Below are positions 26,704-28,110 of a stretch of DNA of 28,110 nt, one piece after another. A model generated the notes under the pieces. The model was not told where the DNA came from and ran no database searches. It saw nothing but the letters and a program-made list of their open reading frames with translations. Every line of letters starts with the position of its first letter. Within the stretch, counting starts at the first letter, position 1. This stretch comes from a virus (taxonomy: Duplodnaviria; Heunggongvirae; Uroviricota; Caudoviricetes), in the IMG/VR virus record IMGVR_UViG_651053022_000001; one strand, 5' to 3'. The position numbers and the translations under genes were made by a program.

Positions 26704-28110
26704 ATGTCAAAGCAACAGATCGGCGTCGTCGGTATGGCAGTGATGGGGCGCAACCTTGCGCTCAACATCGAAAGCCGTGGTTATACCGTCTCTATTTTCA
26801 ACCGTTCCCGTGAAAAAACGGAAGAAGTGATTGCCGAAAATCCAGGCAAAAAACTGGTTCCTTACTATACGGTGAAAGAGTTTGTTGAATCTCTGGAAAC
26901 GCCTCGTCGCATCCTGTTAATGGTGAAAGCAGGTGCAGGCACGGATGCTGCTATTGATTCCCTTAAGCCGTACCTCGATAAAGGTGACATCATCATTGAT
27001 GGTGGTAACACCTTCTTCCAGGACACTATTCGTCGTAATCGTGAGCTTTCTGCAGAAGGCTTTAACTTCATCGGTACTGGTGTTTCTGGCGGTGAAGAAG
27101 GCGCGCTGAAAGGACCTTCCATTATGCCTGGTGGCCAGAAAGAAGCCTATGAACTGGTTGCGCCGATCCTGACCAAAATCGCCGCAGTGGCTGAAGACGG
27201 GGAGCCATGCGTTACCTATATTGGTGCCGATGGCGCAGGCCACTATGTGAAGATGGTTCACAACGGTATTGAATACGGTGATATGCAGCTGATTGCTGAA
27301 GCCTATTCTCTGCTTAAAGGTGGCCTGAACCTCACCAACGAAGAACTGGCGCAGACCTTTACCGAGTGGAATAACGGTGAACTGAGCAGCTACCTGATTG
27401 ACATTACCAAAGATATCTTCACCAAAAAAGATGAAGACGGTAACTACCTGGTTGATGTGATTCTGGATGAAGCTGCAAACAAAGGTACGGGTAAATGGAC
27501 CAGCCAGAGCGCGCTGGATCTCGGCGAACCGCTGTCGCTGATTACCGAGTCTGTGTTTGCACGTTATATCTCTTCTCTGAAAGATCAGCGCGTTGCCGCG
27601 TCTAAAGTTCTCTCTGGCCCGCAAGCGCAGCGAGCAGGCGACAAAGCTGAGTTTATCGAGAAGGTTCGTCGTGCGCTGTATCTGGGCAAAATCGTTTCTT
27701 ACGCTCAGGGCTTCTCTCAGTTGCGTGCTGCGTCTGAAGAATACAACTGGGATCTGAACTACGGCGAAATCGCGAAGATTTTCCGTGCTGGCTGCATCAT
27801 CCGTGCGCAGTTCCTGCAGAAAATCACCGATGCATACGCCGAAAATCCGCAGATCGCTAACCTGCTGCTGGCTCCGTACTTTAAGCAAATCGCCGATGAC
27901 TATCAGCAGGCGCTGCGCGATGTCGTTGCTTATGCAGTACAGAACGGTATCCCGGTTCCGACCTTCGCCGCTGCGGTTGCCTATTATGACAGCTACCGTG
28001 CCGCTGTTCTGCCTGCAAACCTGATCCAGGCACAGCGTGACTATTTCGGTGCACATACTTATAAGCGCATCGATAAAGAAGGTGTGTTCCATACCGAATG
28101 GCTGGATTAA
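26704..28110 (+). CDS. gnd: 6-phosphogluconate dehydrogenase, decarboxylating; complete 468 aa
   Basis: Full-length ORF with AGGAG SD; sequence matches Gnd as I recall it ([16 protein letters not shown]-binding N-terminus). Confidence 0.96.
   Translation: MSKQQIGVVGMAVMGRNLALNIESRGYTVSIFNRSREKTEEVIAENPGKKLVPYYTVKEFVESLETPRRILLMVKAGAGTDAAIDSLKPYLDKGDIIIDGGNTFFQDTIRRNRELSAEGFNFIGTGVSGGEEGALKGPSIMPGGQKEAYELVAPILTKIAAVAEDGEPCVTYIGADGAGHYVKMVHNGIEYGDMQLIAEAYSLLKGGLNLTNEELAQTFTEWNNGELSSYLIDITKDIFTKKDEDGNYLVDVILDEAANKGTGKWTSQSALDLGEPLSLITESVFARYISSLKDQRVAASKVLSGPQAQRAGDKAEFIEKVRRALYLGKIVSYAQGFSQLRAASEEYNWDLNYGEIAKIFRAGCIIRAQFLQKITDAYAENPQIANLLLAPYFKQIADDYQQALRDVVAYAVQNGIPVPTFAAAVAYYDSYRAAVLPANLIQAQRDYFGAHTYKRIDKEGVFHTEWLD

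Noticed and set aside
26917-28092. 391-aa minus-strand ORF antisense to gnd
   Set aside because: gnd is full length and well supported on the plus strand; the antisense frame looks fortuitous.

Overview
Enterobacterial (E. coli-like) chromosomal window in which a complete serS (1-1293) and a complete gnd (26704-28110) bracket a roughly 25 kb P2-like prophage remnant. All calls rest on reading the supplied translations against remembered protein families; no searches were run. The remnant carries a near-complete late-gene set: portal Q and terminase P on the minus strand; O, N, M, L, X, holin, endolysin, spanins, R, S, V, W, J, I and H on the plus strand; plus a separate FI, FII, E, E+E', T, U block and an inverted D-ogr pair. 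Module order and orientation differ from canonical P2, and no integrase, repressor, replication genes or tail-fibre chaperone G are present. Tail fibre gene H ends at about 411 codons directly against gnd upstream DNA, and a Gin/Pin-type invertase gene is cut off at its 5' end, so the element is probably defective. Three accessory insertions stand out. The most interesting is an AT-rich cargo island (9674-11262) at the position of the P2 old/tin defence hotspot beside portal gene Q, holding two uncharacterised ORFs, a leader-peptide/terminator arrangement and phased repeats; this is the best candidate for an undescribed system, but I cannot assign it a function. The second is a 923-aa NanS-p-like O-acetylesterase with a tandemly duplicated catalytic domain inserted between the lysis genes and tail gene R. 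The third is a Hok/Mok-type type I toxin locus at the serS-side border.
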